A program made the translations under genes and the position numbers. A stretch of DNA of 47,375 nt from an uncultured bacterium (GTDB taxonomy: Bacteria > SAR324 > NAC60-12), in assembly GCA_965662845.1 (NCBI GenBank), contig CBFIJD010000008.1:1-47375 (forward strand), written 5' to 3'. The notes beneath the pieces were generated by a model, which saw only the letters and a list, made by a program, of their open reading frames with translations, ran no database searches and had not been told where the DNA came from. Of this stretch, positions 25,926-34,972 are shown piece by piece; the first letter of the stretch is position 1; every line of letters begins with the position of its first letter.

Positions 25926-27101
25926 CTAATGCGGGGATAACTCAAGGTGAATATCCGCTTCGTAAACGTCTTCGATCGCCTCCAGCACGCTCTCAGCCTC
26001 CTCCGCAATTTTTCGAGCCTCGCTGATTTTTAACGTGTCCTCCATTTCGACATGGACATGCACAGTTAAATTCTGATGGAGAAAGTGACAGTAGCAATGT
26101 GTGACAGATCGGATCGCTTTGAATTGCAAAAGTAGGTTACGAATATCTTCTTCGATCTCTCTTTGAGGCCTCATGAGCTGTTGTTCGTGGTCGCGCAATT
26201 CCGCAGGAGGATCTGGCTCTGGATCAATATGGACCAACACCTCTGACAAACTAGGAATACTGTTCAGCAGGCGCAAGCGCACTCTCTCCGCGATCTGATG
26301 TGCCGCGGAGACAGTCAAAATTCCATCGACTTCAACGTGAAGGTCAGCGAGCAAGTAAGAACCCATGCGCCTGACTCTCACCTCATGGAAAGCTTCCACT
26401 CCCGCTATGTCAGGCATTAGCTGAGATATCTTTGTCTCGGCTTCTGGATCGGTCGATGTATCTGTTAATTCCTCAACGCTTTGTACCCCCAGCTCCCAAG
26501 CCGTCTTTAAGATTAGACCTGTCACGACTAACGCAGCCAAAGGATCTAAATAACTGAAACCAATGTAGCTTCCTCCTACGCCGATTAAAGCGGCTACAGA
26601 GGAGAGGGCGTCGGTTCGGTGGTGCCACGCGTTTGCCTGCAGCACTTTGCTTTTCTCGGTTAACGCCACCCAATTCGTGACTTGGTACATCCCCTCTTTC
26701 AGCAAGATGGAAACGATTGCTGCTGTAATTGCTAAACTATCCGGTGTGATCGTTTCTCCCAAAGCCTCAAAGGCGTGCCACCCGATCCCAATCGCTGTGA
26801 ACCCCAACAAAATTGCGACGAACAGAGTGCCGATGGTTTCAAATCGTCCATGCCCATAAGGATGATTCTCGTCTTTGGGTTTTCTGCCAATCAGAACGGC
26901 CCAGAGCGTGACTCCATCGGAGATTAGATCTGAGAATGAGTGAGCGGCATCTGCAATCAAAACGGTTGATCCAGTGACCCAACCCGCAATGAGCTTCAGG
27001 GCAGCTAGAACGACATTGACGATCGCTCCCAACCACGTGACCCATTTAATGCGATAGGATGAATCAGAAATTGAGGCGGTTGATTCTGAATGAGAATGCA
27101 T
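25926..27101 (-). CDS. Cation diffusion facilitator (FieF-like) with duplicated C-terminal domain
   Basis: ADAAHSFSD, HPYGHGRFE, AWHHRTD; two successive dimerisation-type domains ending VLVHIDP and ADIHLEL. Confidence 0.9.
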   Translation of the reverse strand: MHSHSESTASISDSSYRIKWVTWLGAIVNVVLAALKLIAGWVTGSTVLIADAAHSFSDLISDGVTLWAVLIGRKPKDENHPYGHGRFETIGTLFVAILLGFTAIGIGWHAFEALGETITPDSLAITAAIVSILLKEGMYQVTNWVALTEKSKVLQANAWHHRTDALSSVAALIGVGGSYIGFSYLDPLAALVVTGLILKTAWELGVQSVEELTDTSTDPEAETKISQLMPDIAGVEAFHEVRVRRMGSYLLADLHVEVDGILTVSAAHQIAERVRLRLLNSIPSLSEVLVHIDPEPDPPAELRDHEQQLMRPQREIEEDIRNLLLQFKAIRSVTHCYCHFLHQNLTVHVHVEMEDTLKISEARKIAEEAESVLEAIEDVYEADIHLELSPH

Positions 27102-27214
27102 AGGCGCGCTGAACTTGAGGAGGATAAGATGCGTTGGAGAGCGAAAAGCAATTTGGAATTGTTAGACAGCCGTGTTATCCAAATCGTCTTTATTTTGCAG
27201 TTGCGAAAGGAAGC

Positions 27215-27673
27215 ATGACACAGAAAGTACTATTAGTGAATGGGCCAAACCTCAATCTGCTTGGCACTAGGGAACCAGAAATCTACGGAAGCACGACTCT
27301 CTTAGAGATTGAAACCAGCATCGTCCAATTTTTTGAGAATGCAGAGATCGAATGTCTGCATCTCCAGTCAAATCACGAGGGGCAACTCATCGATTTCTTA
27401 CATGCGCATCAAGACGCAAACTTTATGCTGTTGAATCCAGGGGCCTTTACACACACGAGTGTCGCGTTGCGTGATGCGATCAGTGGGACGCAAATTCCTT
27501 TCGTTGAAATTCATATTTCAAATGTCCACAGTCGCGAAGACTTTCGCAAGCACTCTTACTTCACTGATGTGGCTGTAGGTGTCATTGCAGGCTTGGGCGC
27601 TCGTGGATATCAACTTGCAGCAGAGTTTGCACTTGAATATTTGAAGGTCAACACGCCACGGGGTGAATCATGA
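27215..27673 (+). CDS. aroQ: Type II 3-dehydroquinate dehydratase
   Basis: [49 protein letters not shown]. Confidence 0.97.
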   Translation: MTQKVLLVNGPNLNLLGTREPEIYGSTTLLEIETSIVQFFENAEIECLHLQSNHEGQLIDFLHAHQDANFMLLNPGAFTHTSVALRDAISGTQIPFVEIHISNVHSREDFRKHSYFTDVAVGVIAGLGARGYQLAAEFALEYLKVNTPRGES

Positions 27674-28752
27674 AATTGAGCGGCAAGCTACTCCTCTTGC
27701 TTGGAAACAGCAGCTTACTCTTTGCTGGGGCTTACCAAACAGGCAGCCTCGGCGCCGCAATGTTAGAAAAAAGAATTCACACCACCGCACCCACAAGCCA
27801 AGCCGTTGTGGTTTCCTCAGCTGCGGAACCGATTGAAGATACAGAACAGCCTTTTTCAGATTTTTCTGCGTTACTCGATCGCAACGTCTTTGAAGCGGCG
27901 CGCAAGCCAGAGCCGGAACCAGAGCCGGAACCAGAGCCGGAACCAGAGCCGGAACCAGAGCCGGAACCAGAGCCCGAAGCTACTATTGCTAGTGGCCCCC
28001 AGCTGACACAGCTCCCGTTGTTGCTGACTGGAACCATGATTTATGATGCGAATGCGTTTGCTTTTATTGCCCCCTCCAAACAGCCGAATTCCTATACGGT
28101 GTTTCAGATTGGCGATTGTTTTGAGCCCGACACAGCAAAGCCGCATGCTGCCAACCCCTGTCCTCCTGAAAAGGTGAAACTCTATGAAATCCGTGACCGA
28201 GAAGTGAGCATTCTTTACCAAGGCGTAGAAGAAATTTTGAGCATGGACGAGCAAGTCAGTGAGGTCGCCGAAGTCCCCGCTTCGACACCAACTCCGAAAC
28301 CCAAACCGGCACCCACCCCGCAGCCAAAGCCTGCGCAGAAAAAGGCTGTTCTCAAGCCGATCGCGCCCCAAAAATCGGAACCACTGGTGATTACCCCCAA
28401 AAACGAAACAAAATCTGCCGCACCACCAGAAGATCAGCGTGTTTTTCGGTTTGAACGAGCTTTTGTTGACGAACAACTTGCTAACTTCAATCAGTTGCTC
28501 ACGGATGCGAGAGTAGTCCCGACCGAACGAGACGGTGTGGCCATGTTCATGTTCAAGTTTATTCGCAAGGGGAGCATCTACGAAAGCTTAGGCCTAAAAA
28601 ATAATGATGTCATTTTGGAGATTAACGGCTTTACGGTGGATAGCGTCCCCAAAGCCTTGAAACTCTTTGAAACTCTGCAATCAGAGCGCGAGATTACTCT
28701 GAAAATTGAACGCGACGAGCAGCCGGTAGAGTTTCAATACTACATTGATTGA
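27670..28752 (+). CDS. Type II secretion GspC-like protein with C-terminal PDZ domain
   Basis: N-terminal hydrophobic anchor, [15 protein letters not shown] segment, [31 protein letters not shown] region. Confidence 0.75.
   Translation: MKLSGKLLLLLGNSSLLFAGAYQTGSLGAAMLEKRIHTTAPTSQAVVVSSAAEPIEDTEQPFSDFSALLDRNVFEAARKPEPEPEPEPEPEPEPEPEPEPEPEATIASGPQLTQLPLLLTGTMIYDANAFAFIAPSKQPNSYTVFQIGDCFEPDTAKPHAANPCPPEKVKLYEIRDREVSILYQGVEEILSMDEQVSEVAEVPASTPTPKPKPAPTPQPKPAQKKAVLKPIAPQKSEPLVITPKNETKSAAPPEDQRVFRFERAFVDEQLANFNQLLTDARVVPTERDGVAMFMFKFIRKGSIYESLGLKNNDVILEINGFTVDSVPKALKLFETLQSEREITLKIERDEQPVEFQYYID
27907..27978 (+). repeat. Coding tandem repeat, 6 x 12 bp, encoding (PE)12
   Basis: CCAGAGCCGGAA x5 plus CCAGAGCCCGAA. 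Confidence 0.95.
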
Positions 28753-28827
28753 GCGATTCTGCTTGCACTCTGGAAAGGGTTTGCTGCAATAATTAGTAAT
28801 TACTCCACCCCTTCATTAGGAGGCCAA

Positions 28828-29334
28828 ATGGGACTTTTCGACATGTTCAAGTCGGACGCCGGTACGGAAATGACTCCGCATCTCGCGTTCGCCACATCCT
28901 TGATCTACATGATTGCTGCTGATGGAAAAATTGAGAACGAAGAAATCGGCCAACTCCTAGCTGTGCTCGGTGGCGAGAAAGACGCGAGCGGTACAATTGG
29001 CGTAGGAGCGCAAAATGAAAAACTCCTCCGCAGCGCACAACGCTACGTAGAGTCTCACAGCGTTGAAGATTTTCTGACGGAAGCGCCACCACTGCTGACG
29101 GACACACAGCGTATGTGCATTCTGACAAATCTTTGTGATTCCTTGCTCTCTGACGGCAACGCAGACCCAACAGAGCAGCAAATGTTTTACAAATTTATGC
29201 AAGCATTTGACGTCACCGAAGAGCGCTTTCAGCCCTTCTTTGAAGTGATGATGCTGAAGAACGATCGCTCGGTCTTCACGAACGATAGCCATCCGAAAAA
29301 CCAGCCGGGTTACGAAGTTAAGCTTCCCATCTAA
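28828..29334 (+). CDS. TerB-family (tellurite-resistance-like) protein
   Basis: YMIAADGKIENEE and LSDGNADPTEQ paired motifs; SD AGGAGG. Confidence 0.8.
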   Translation: MGLFDMFKSDAGTEMTPHLAFATSLIYMIAADGKIENEEIGQLLAVLGGEKDASGTIGVGAQNEKLLRSAQRYVESHSVEDFLTEAPPLLTDTQRMCILTNLCDSLLSDGNADPTEQQMFYKFMQAFDVTEERFQPFFEVMMLKNDRSVFTNDSHPKNQPGYEVKLPI

Positions 29335-29341
29335 GTTTCTT

Positions 29342-29364
29342 TCCGGGTTCTGTCAGAGCCCGGA
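29342..29364 (+). terminator. Stem-loop after the TerB-family gene
   Basis: TCCGGGTTCT-GTC-AGAGCCCGGA, 10-bp stem. Confidence 0.55.
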
Positions 29365-29385
29365 TCTTCCTCAGCACTAGCCTTC

Positions 29386-30225
29386 ATGCCATATAGCCAA
29401 GTCTCTCATGTGTTCACGCTAGGTCCTGCTGGGACGTTTAGTGATCACGCCGCTCAACGTGTCTGTTCCAACCCGAACTCCATTCACTACACCCACAATT
29501 TTAACGAAGCGATCGTGAAAGTCGCGGAAACGACAGGCTCTGTGGCCGTGGTGCCTATTGAAAACTCTGTCGCTGGAACCGTGACGCAGATTCAGGATGC
29601 CTTGATTGCGGAAGATTTGGTGATCTTGCATGAATTTCCTATGCGGATTCGATATGCGCTGTTTGCGAACGCCCCACTTCATCAAGTGACCAAATTTTAT
29701 GCGCATGAGCAGGCATTTGGACAAACGCTACAGTACACCTCTCACCACATGTATGGCGCAACACACATCTATACGCACAGCAACACAGATTCTGCAGAGC
29801 AATATCTCGCCAGAGTGAACGCCCAAGAAGCGATTGCTGCGATTGTGCCGATTAATTTGGCAGAGACTTACGCCCAGCATGTGGTCGCAGAAGACGTGCA
29901 AGACTACCCAAATAACACCACACGCTTTGTGGTGGTGCGAAAACGAGAAGAAACGGAGAAGTATGATTTTGCGCTCAAAAAGACGTCACTCTTTATTGAG
30001 TTTGAAGAGGATCGGGCAGGGCTGCTGTATGAGATGTTAGGAGTCTTCAACCGATTTCAGATCAATCTCTGTCGGCTTGAATCGCGGCCTTCCAAAAACA
30101 CGCCTTGGGTTTATGTGTTCTATGTGGACTTCTACAATTGCAAGTCGAGCAGAGCCTGTTTGCAGGCGTTGAAAGAGGCGGGGTTTACTTATCGGATTTT
30201 GGGGACTTACGACGTGCTCGGCTGA
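29386..30225 (+). CDS. pheA: Prephenate dehydratase (PDT + ACT domains)
   Basis: LGPAGTFS, VPIENSVAG, NTTRF, INLCRLESRP; no chorismate mutase domain. Confidence 0.92.
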   Translation: MPYSQVSHVFTLGPAGTFSDHAAQRVCSNPNSIHYTHNFNEAIVKVAETTGSVAVVPIENSVAGTVTQIQDALIAEDLVILHEFPMRIRYALFANAPLHQVTKFYAHEQAFGQTLQYTSHHMYGATHIYTHSNTDSAEQYLARVNAQEAIAAIVPINLAETYAQHVVAEDVQDYPNNTTRFVVVRKREETEKYDFALKKTSLFIEFEEDRAGLLYEMLGVFNRFQINLCRLESRPSKNTPWVYVFYVDFYNCKSSRACLQALKEAGFTYRILGTYDVLG

Positions 30226-30271
30226 GCATCAGGCAGCCGTGTTCAAGACAATGCGGCAAGGGGGCGTGGGG

Positions 30272-30387
30272 GAGAAAACCTTCCAACCAAAAATGCGGGT
30301 TCTGACTCGCACACAGTGTGTTGGAACTCATTCGCCCGCTGGCGAACGAGAGAATCTTCCAACCAACAATGAAGATTCCCACTGTGC
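30272..30387. ncRNA. Candidate structured non-coding RNA between convergent genes
   Basis: 24-nt direct repeat (21/24 identical) at 30272 and 30348; nested stems CACAGTG/CACTGTG, TTCGCC/GGCGAA, GAATCTTC/GAAGATTC. Confidence 0.35.
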
Positions 30388-30402
30388 TACGTAGCGTTTG
30401 AG

Positions 30403-30780
30403 CTAAGAAGGATCGTCCATAATGAAGAGATCATCTGTGCGACGTAGTCTCTCCGCAGGTCTCTGAGCAAAGTCGTTGGGGCAGTAGTAGCCCCGTCCAC
30501 GGATGCGCGTGACAACGCGACTAGACTCGGAAGAGTCGATCGTGATGTGCGAGGCTCCCATCCCTGCTGCGGTATTCAGCATTTGGTTGATCGCCTCTTG
30601 GTAGCTGTTGCGTGAGCTGGTCAACACCGCAGAGTTGATCTCGCCTCTAGGCAAACAGAGCGGGTATTGCCGTGGATTCGGCATCAACTGAATTTGCTCG
30701 CCGGCGTCCGTCAGCATAACCGCTCTTTGAGAGCACCCCATAACCATCCCACCCAAAATTAGAATCGCTAGCCCGCGCAT
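30403..30780 (-). CDS. DUF4156-like lipoprotein
   Basis: Lipobox VMGC; LT..GE.I, C...GEI, N.AA.MGA.H, G..Y.CP pattern; SD AAGGA. Confidence 0.7.
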   Translation of the reverse strand: MRGLAILILGGMVMGCSQRAVMLTDAGEQIQLMPNPRQYPLCLPRGEINSAVLTSSRNSYQEAINQMLNTAAGMGASHITIDSSESSRVVTRIRGRGYYCPNDFAQRPAERLRRTDDLFIMDDPS

Positions 30781-30788
30781 ATCTTTCC

Positions 30789-32708
30789 TTATTGTTGCTG
30801 CAGCGAGATCAGCCTTCCACCGGTTGCCGAAGAGAGGCTCTTCAACCACAAGGTGTTGGCTCGAGTTCGATGCAGTTCAAGCCATTCGTCAACGATGATG
30901 AGCGGATGCCTAAGCTCTGGCATATCGTCACACTCGCAGCGCACTCGCATCTCATAAGTGCCAGCTTGCTTGGTGGGGAGCTCAAGGAGCGCCGTTTGTG
31001 ACTGCACCGTTAGCTCAAGCTCTTCCACGGTTTGTCCCGTTTGCAGATCCACCACGTGAAGCGTCGCTGTTTTTGATTGGGTAGGTAGATGCAAATTGCC
31101 GGCAATTTGATCGCTGAGGTGAAAAGGACGATGATTTCGGAAGTCCTCAAAAACTTGCTGGCGTTCAAAGAATGGTTGATAGAGCAGTGTTTGCCAGAAC
31201 ATTGTGTGCTGTTGACGAGGAGGTTGATCGGCGGCTTCAGGCTGTGTCCAACGCCATGTGAAGGGATCCGTCACCCAGTCCACGCGGCCCAGTCCAAAAG
31301 ATGTGCGCAAGAGTGTTTCGACAGGCGGCCCTCCGCGAGTTGGTTTCCACTCAAAAGCCGCTTGATGTTGGGCATGCTCCGGAGGCAGAAGCTCGGTTTC
31401 GGCGAAATCCCATCTGTCGTTGTGAGAGAGCGGCCACTCCCAGGTCAGGGCGTCGTCGCCTCGCAAGAACAACTCTGCAAACCCACGATTTCCTTCTGTT
31501 TGGTCTCCTCCCACCACGACGATGCGTTTCCCGTCGGCCAAAAATTTTTGAAAGCTGCGCTGGAACGCGCGATTGCGAAGGTATTTTTTGATGGTGAAGT
31601 TGTGAAAGACCACGACGTCAAATTTGAAGAGTTGAACCATGAACAACTCTTCAACAGGGAATTGAATGAGCGCGAGTTCGCTTTCGGGGATGTTGTGCGA
31701 ATCTTCGAAGGGATCGCGCAAAATGAAGAAAGAGATGAGGTCAATTTCGGGGCTTTCCTTGAGCAATCCTCGCAAATATCGCACATCCCAGCTGGTGCGT
31801 CCGGCAATATGCAGCACTTTGAGGCGGTTGGAGCGCACTTCTACGGGCAAGTAGACTAGGTTGTTTTGCAGGTTTTTTTCTTCGGCGAGCGGAGCAAGGC
31901 GCAGCTGCAGGAGCTGATCGCCAACGCGAGAGGGCGTCCAGCGCATCGTGATCGGATAGGTGGTTTCCCCTGCCTCCAGACGGATCGTTTGTTTATCAAG
32001 GAGGGCCAAGCCGTCTGTTAACACCACCTCGACTTCCTGAAGATCATTGATGGCATCGGCATGAACGGTGACGGGTATCGACAGCGCCTCGTTCACAAAG
32101 GCCACTTGAACGTTTCCATCAAGCCGCAACTCTAGATCACTGGTCGCTTCAGTTGGCCAAGCTAAAGTGTGCAGGCGCAGGTTGTATTGCTTGACTCGGG
32201 CAAGAAATGCTTCGGATTCGATGCTTTCCGTATCGTTCCCGTCCGTGAGGAGAAGAATCTCGCTTTCGGGAGGTAGGTTGGATTGGCGTAGGAATTCCAG
32301 CAGTTTGTCTTCGAGAGGAGAGGTCGGCTGCCAATTGAAAGGAAGATCCGTGGATTGTGGATTGAACCAATTCAGGTATTGCAGCTCGCGGTCAGGAAAC
32401 TCGTTTTGGATCGTTTCCTTCCATGTCTGCGGCAACATCTCAGCGATCGCGCCCTCGGCAGTCGCAGGAATGCCAAGCTGGTGTCGAAAGCTATGACTGG
32501 TGTCAACCAGAACCCAAAGAGGCGGACGATAAGTGGAGAATGGTTGAAACGTCGCTTGCACACTCCACCACGCGACTACCAGCAAAACGAGACGAAAGCC
32601 CAGCCCGTAATGGCGGAAGGGAGCGCGCCGGCGCCACTGCCAGAGAGTGAGGGCCAAGGCCAGAATCAGCGAGGTGATCCAGAGAAACCAAAATAAGGCG
32701 GATGTCAT
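30789..32708 (-). CDS. Membrane-anchored VWA-like / glutamine-amidotransferase-like domain protein
   Basis: Two N-terminal TM helices; LVDTSHS (DxSxS) and LLTDGND MIDAS-like motifs; VLHIAGR, IDLISFFILR, ELALIQFPVEELF. Confidence 0.75.
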   Translation of the reverse strand: MTSALFWFLWITSLILALALTLWQWRRRAPFRHYGLGFRLVLLVVAWWSVQATFQPFSTYRPPLWVLVDTSHSFRHQLGIPATAEGAIAEMLPQTWKETIQNEFPDRELQYLNWFNPQSTDLPFNWQPTSPLEDKLLEFLRQSNLPPESEILLLTDGNDTESIESEAFLARVKQYNLRLHTLAWPTEATSDLELRLDGNVQVAFVNEALSIPVTVHADAINDLQEVEVVLTDGLALLDKQTIRLEAGETTYPITMRWTPSRVGDQLLQLRLAPLAEEKNLQNNLVYLPVEVRSNRLKVLHIAGRTSWDVRYLRGLLKESPEIDLISFFILRDPFEDSHNIPESELALIQFPVEELFMVQLFKFDVVVFHNFTIKKYLRNRAFQRSFQKFLADGKRIVVVGGDQTEGNRGFAELFLRGDDALTWEWPLSHNDRWDFAETELLPPEHAQHQAAFEWKPTRGGPPVETLLRTSFGLGRVDWVTDPFTWRWTQPEAADQPPRQQHTMFWQTLLYQPFFERQQVFEDFRNHRPFHLSDQIAGNLHLPTQSKTATLHVVDLQTGQTVEELELTVQSQTALLELPTKQAGTYEMRVRCECDDMPELRHPLIIVDEWLELHRTRANTLWLKSLSSATGGRLISLQQQ

Positions 32709-32764
32709 AGGTGGGTGGAGGAAAAGGCAGGAAATTCAAGGCTTTATTGCCAGTTGCATGGTTG

Positions 32765-33520
32765 TCACAGCCTGACAGGTATCCCAGAGTCTCGCAAGAA
32801 CTCTTTGACCTCCCTCACGGTGTAGGTTCCGTAATGAAAAACGGACGCAGCGAGAACAGCATCGGCCTTTCCTACAGTCAGCGCGTCTCGGAAATGCGCG
32901 AGTGTGCCTCCTCCCCCAGAGGCAATGACTGGGACGTGCACTTGCGTATTAATGGCCGCGTTTAATTCATTGTCAAAGCCTTGCTTGTGTCCGTCAGCGT
33001 CCATGCTGGTTAACAAGATCTCACCGGCGCCCCGTTCAGAGGCTTCCTTGGCCCACTCCACGGCATCTTTTCCGGTTGGCTTGCTGCCACCATGGCTGAA
33101 AACTTCCCAGCGGTCTTCCACCCGTCGAGCGTCAATCGCGACCACAATGCACTGGGAACCAAACCGTTTTGCTCCTTCGGTAATCAAATCAGGGTTCTTC
33201 AGCGCCGCCGAGTTGACCGACACTTTATCGGCTCCAGCAGTCACAAGTTGAGAGATGTGCTCCAGCGTGGAAATTCCTCCACCAATGGTGAAAGGAATGA
33301 ACAAAGCCCTGGCGAGACGAGTTGCTAACTCGATGGTGGTGCCTCGGTTTTCGAGGGAAGCCGCAATATCCAAAAAGACGAGTTCGTCGGCAGATTGTTC
33401 GTTGTATCGCTCTGCGAGTTCAAGAGGATCTCCCGCGTCGCGTAAGCCGACGAAGCTGGTTCCTTTGACAACCCGACCTTCTTTGATGTCCAAACAGGGG
33501 ATGATGCGTCGAGCTAGCAT
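32765..33520 (-). CDS. hisF: Imidazole glycerol phosphate synthase cyclase subunit
   Basis: [43 protein letters not shown]. Confidence 0.97.
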   Translation of the reverse strand: MLARRIIPCLDIKEGRVVKGTSFVGLRDAGDPLELAERYNEQSADELVFLDIAASLENRGTTIELATRLARALFIPFTIGGGISTLEHISQLVTAGADKVSVNSAALKNPDLITEGAKRFGSQCIVVAIDARRVEDRWEVFSHGGSKPTGKDAVEWAKEASERGAGEILLTSMDADGHKQGFDNELNAAINTQVHVPVIASGGGGTLAHFRDALTVGKADAVLAASVFHYGTYTVREVKEFLRDSGIPVRL

Positions 33521-33551
33521 GGGCGCTCTCGTTAAAGGAAGATGGAAGGGC

Positions 33552-34679
33552 TTAGGAGGTGGCGCGTAGCAATAAGTTTTGCAGCAGAACACAACGGCCG
33601 AGCCGTACTTGCACCGCTAGGCGAGCCCCCGCGAAGATTGCGATAGAAGCCAATAGCGAACCCCAAGATAAAGTAGAGAAGCCCGTAAGCATTTGTCCTA
33701 CCGTACATCCTCCGGCGACCACGCCACCAAAACCCATAAAAATCCCACCAATCAGACGGCTGCCGAACTCTCCAGGGACGGTGAAGGTCTGCCGCTTAAA
33801 CTGCTGCGTGAGCAAAGCGAGCGCGAGGCTCCCTACGATCGTGCCCAAAACTAGGGCAATGCCGAAGTCAATTGTGGAGCCTGTGTACGTCATCAAATAC
33901 TGCAACGTGTTCCCAACGGGAGCAATGAAGGAGATCGACTCCAGCGGAGCGGGTTCAAAATCATCATTGCCCAGAATGCCGGTCCAGGCCCACGCGCCAA
34001 CAATCAGGCCTCCCACACTCAAACCACCGAACACATGCTGCGACGCTCCACGGAATTCGGCGTGGCGAAAACAAAACGTGAGCACTCCTACAGCGACGAC
34101 CACCAATAATGAATAGCGCCAAATGTCGGTGCCGGTTCCCATCCAATAGGCCAGCCACTCCAGCACCGATTGAGATGGAACAGAGGAGATCTGCAAATCC
34201 ACTTGGGTGAGGTTGTTCCATTCATTTCGTCCAAAGGAAAGCAAGCCCCGCATCGTCATGTACCCCACAATGGCTGTGGTCAGCAACGCGATCAAAGAGC
34301 GGGAGTCTCCGCTACTCAAGCGAATCAGATGACGCGTGGGGCAGCCATTCGCCACAATCATGCCGACTCCAAAGACAAAGCCGCCTAGCAAAGAACCGCC
34401 CAAGAGCAGCGTTGCGCCTTGGTAGGCCGAATTTCTTAACTCGATGGGCGTCCCAACTTCGAGGAGCTGCGTTCCGATGACGGCGGTTCCCATCGCGAGG
34501 AGGAAGGCTTGCAGACGTCGTGGATCCCCTTCTCCTACAGCTTCGAGCAAAGCACCGTTGAGACAAAAGCGAGTTACCTGACAGACAGCTCCGAAACACA
34601 GACCAATCAACAGGCCTCCTAAGGCCATCAGATGGTTCATGGTCTCAAATTGAATGCCTAGAAAGGTAAACTCATCCAT
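33552..34679 (-). CDS. YeeE/YedE (TsuA)-family thiosulfate/sulfur-compound transporter
   Basis: Multi-TM protein with the three conserved Cys motifs [11 protein letters not shown] and [15 protein letters not shown]. Confidence 0.9.
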   Translation of the reverse strand: MDEFTFLGIQFETMNHLMALGGLLIGLCFGAVCQVTRFCLNGALLEAVGEGDPRRLQAFLLAMGTAVIGTQLLEVGTPIELRNSAYQGATLLLGGSLLGGFVFGVGMIVANGCPTRHLIRLSSGDSRSLIALLTTAIVGYMTMRGLLSFGRNEWNNLTQVDLQISSVPSQSVLEWLAYWMGTGTDIWRYSLLVVVAVGVLTFCFRHAEFRGASQHVFGGLSVGGLIVGAWAWTGILGNDDFEPAPLESISFIAPVGNTLQYLMTYTGSTIDFGIALVLGTIVGSLALALLTQQFKRQTFTVPGEFGSRLIGGIFMGFGGVVAGGCTVGQMLTGFSTLSWGSLLASIAIFAGARLAVQVRLGRCVLLQNLLLRATS

Positions 34680-34749
34680 TGTGGTGCTCCTAAATAGATT
34701 GCGAAAAAGTGAACAGAAAGCGGAGATGATCGCAGAGGAAATGCGGGAA

Positions 34750-34797
34750 TCAGCGGCGGCAACAACAGAGGGAGAAGGTGCTTTGAAGCGAGATCAT
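34750..34797 (-). CDS. Putative cysteine-rich leader peptide (uORF) MISLQSTFSLCCCRR
   Basis: ATG ATC TCG CTT CAA AGC ACC TTC TCC CTC TGT TGT TGC CGC CGC TGA, ending 70 nt upstream of the YeeE start on the same strand. Confidence 0.6.
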   Translation of the reverse strand: MISLQSTFSLCCCRR

Positions 34798-34836
34798 AGG
34801 ACGATGCTGAGAGAGGGAGATGAATAGAGTGCGCAG

Positions 34837-34865
34837 AAGATATCGAAGTGAAATGAATTTGTCAA
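34837..34865 (-). promoter_or_regulatory. Sigma70-type promoter for the leader peptide and YeeE gene
   Basis: Minus strand TTGACA-N17-TATCTT. Confidence 0.7.
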
Positions 34866-34972
34866 AAAAGTTGTGATTTGTGCTTTGAAAGGTGTTGGAA
34901 TTCAAATATGCAGATGTTTTGATCCTGTCTCAGTGGGAACCGACCGCTCTCGCGACCGGTCAATTCAAAAGG

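Noticed and set aside
27777..28476. ORFs with (GS)n, (SRNQ)n or (FRLW)n repeats
   Set aside because: Alternative-frame readings of the same 12-bp repeat in the GspC-like gene
31089..31859. 256-aa plus-strand ORF
   Set aside because: Antisense shadow of the VWA-like gene
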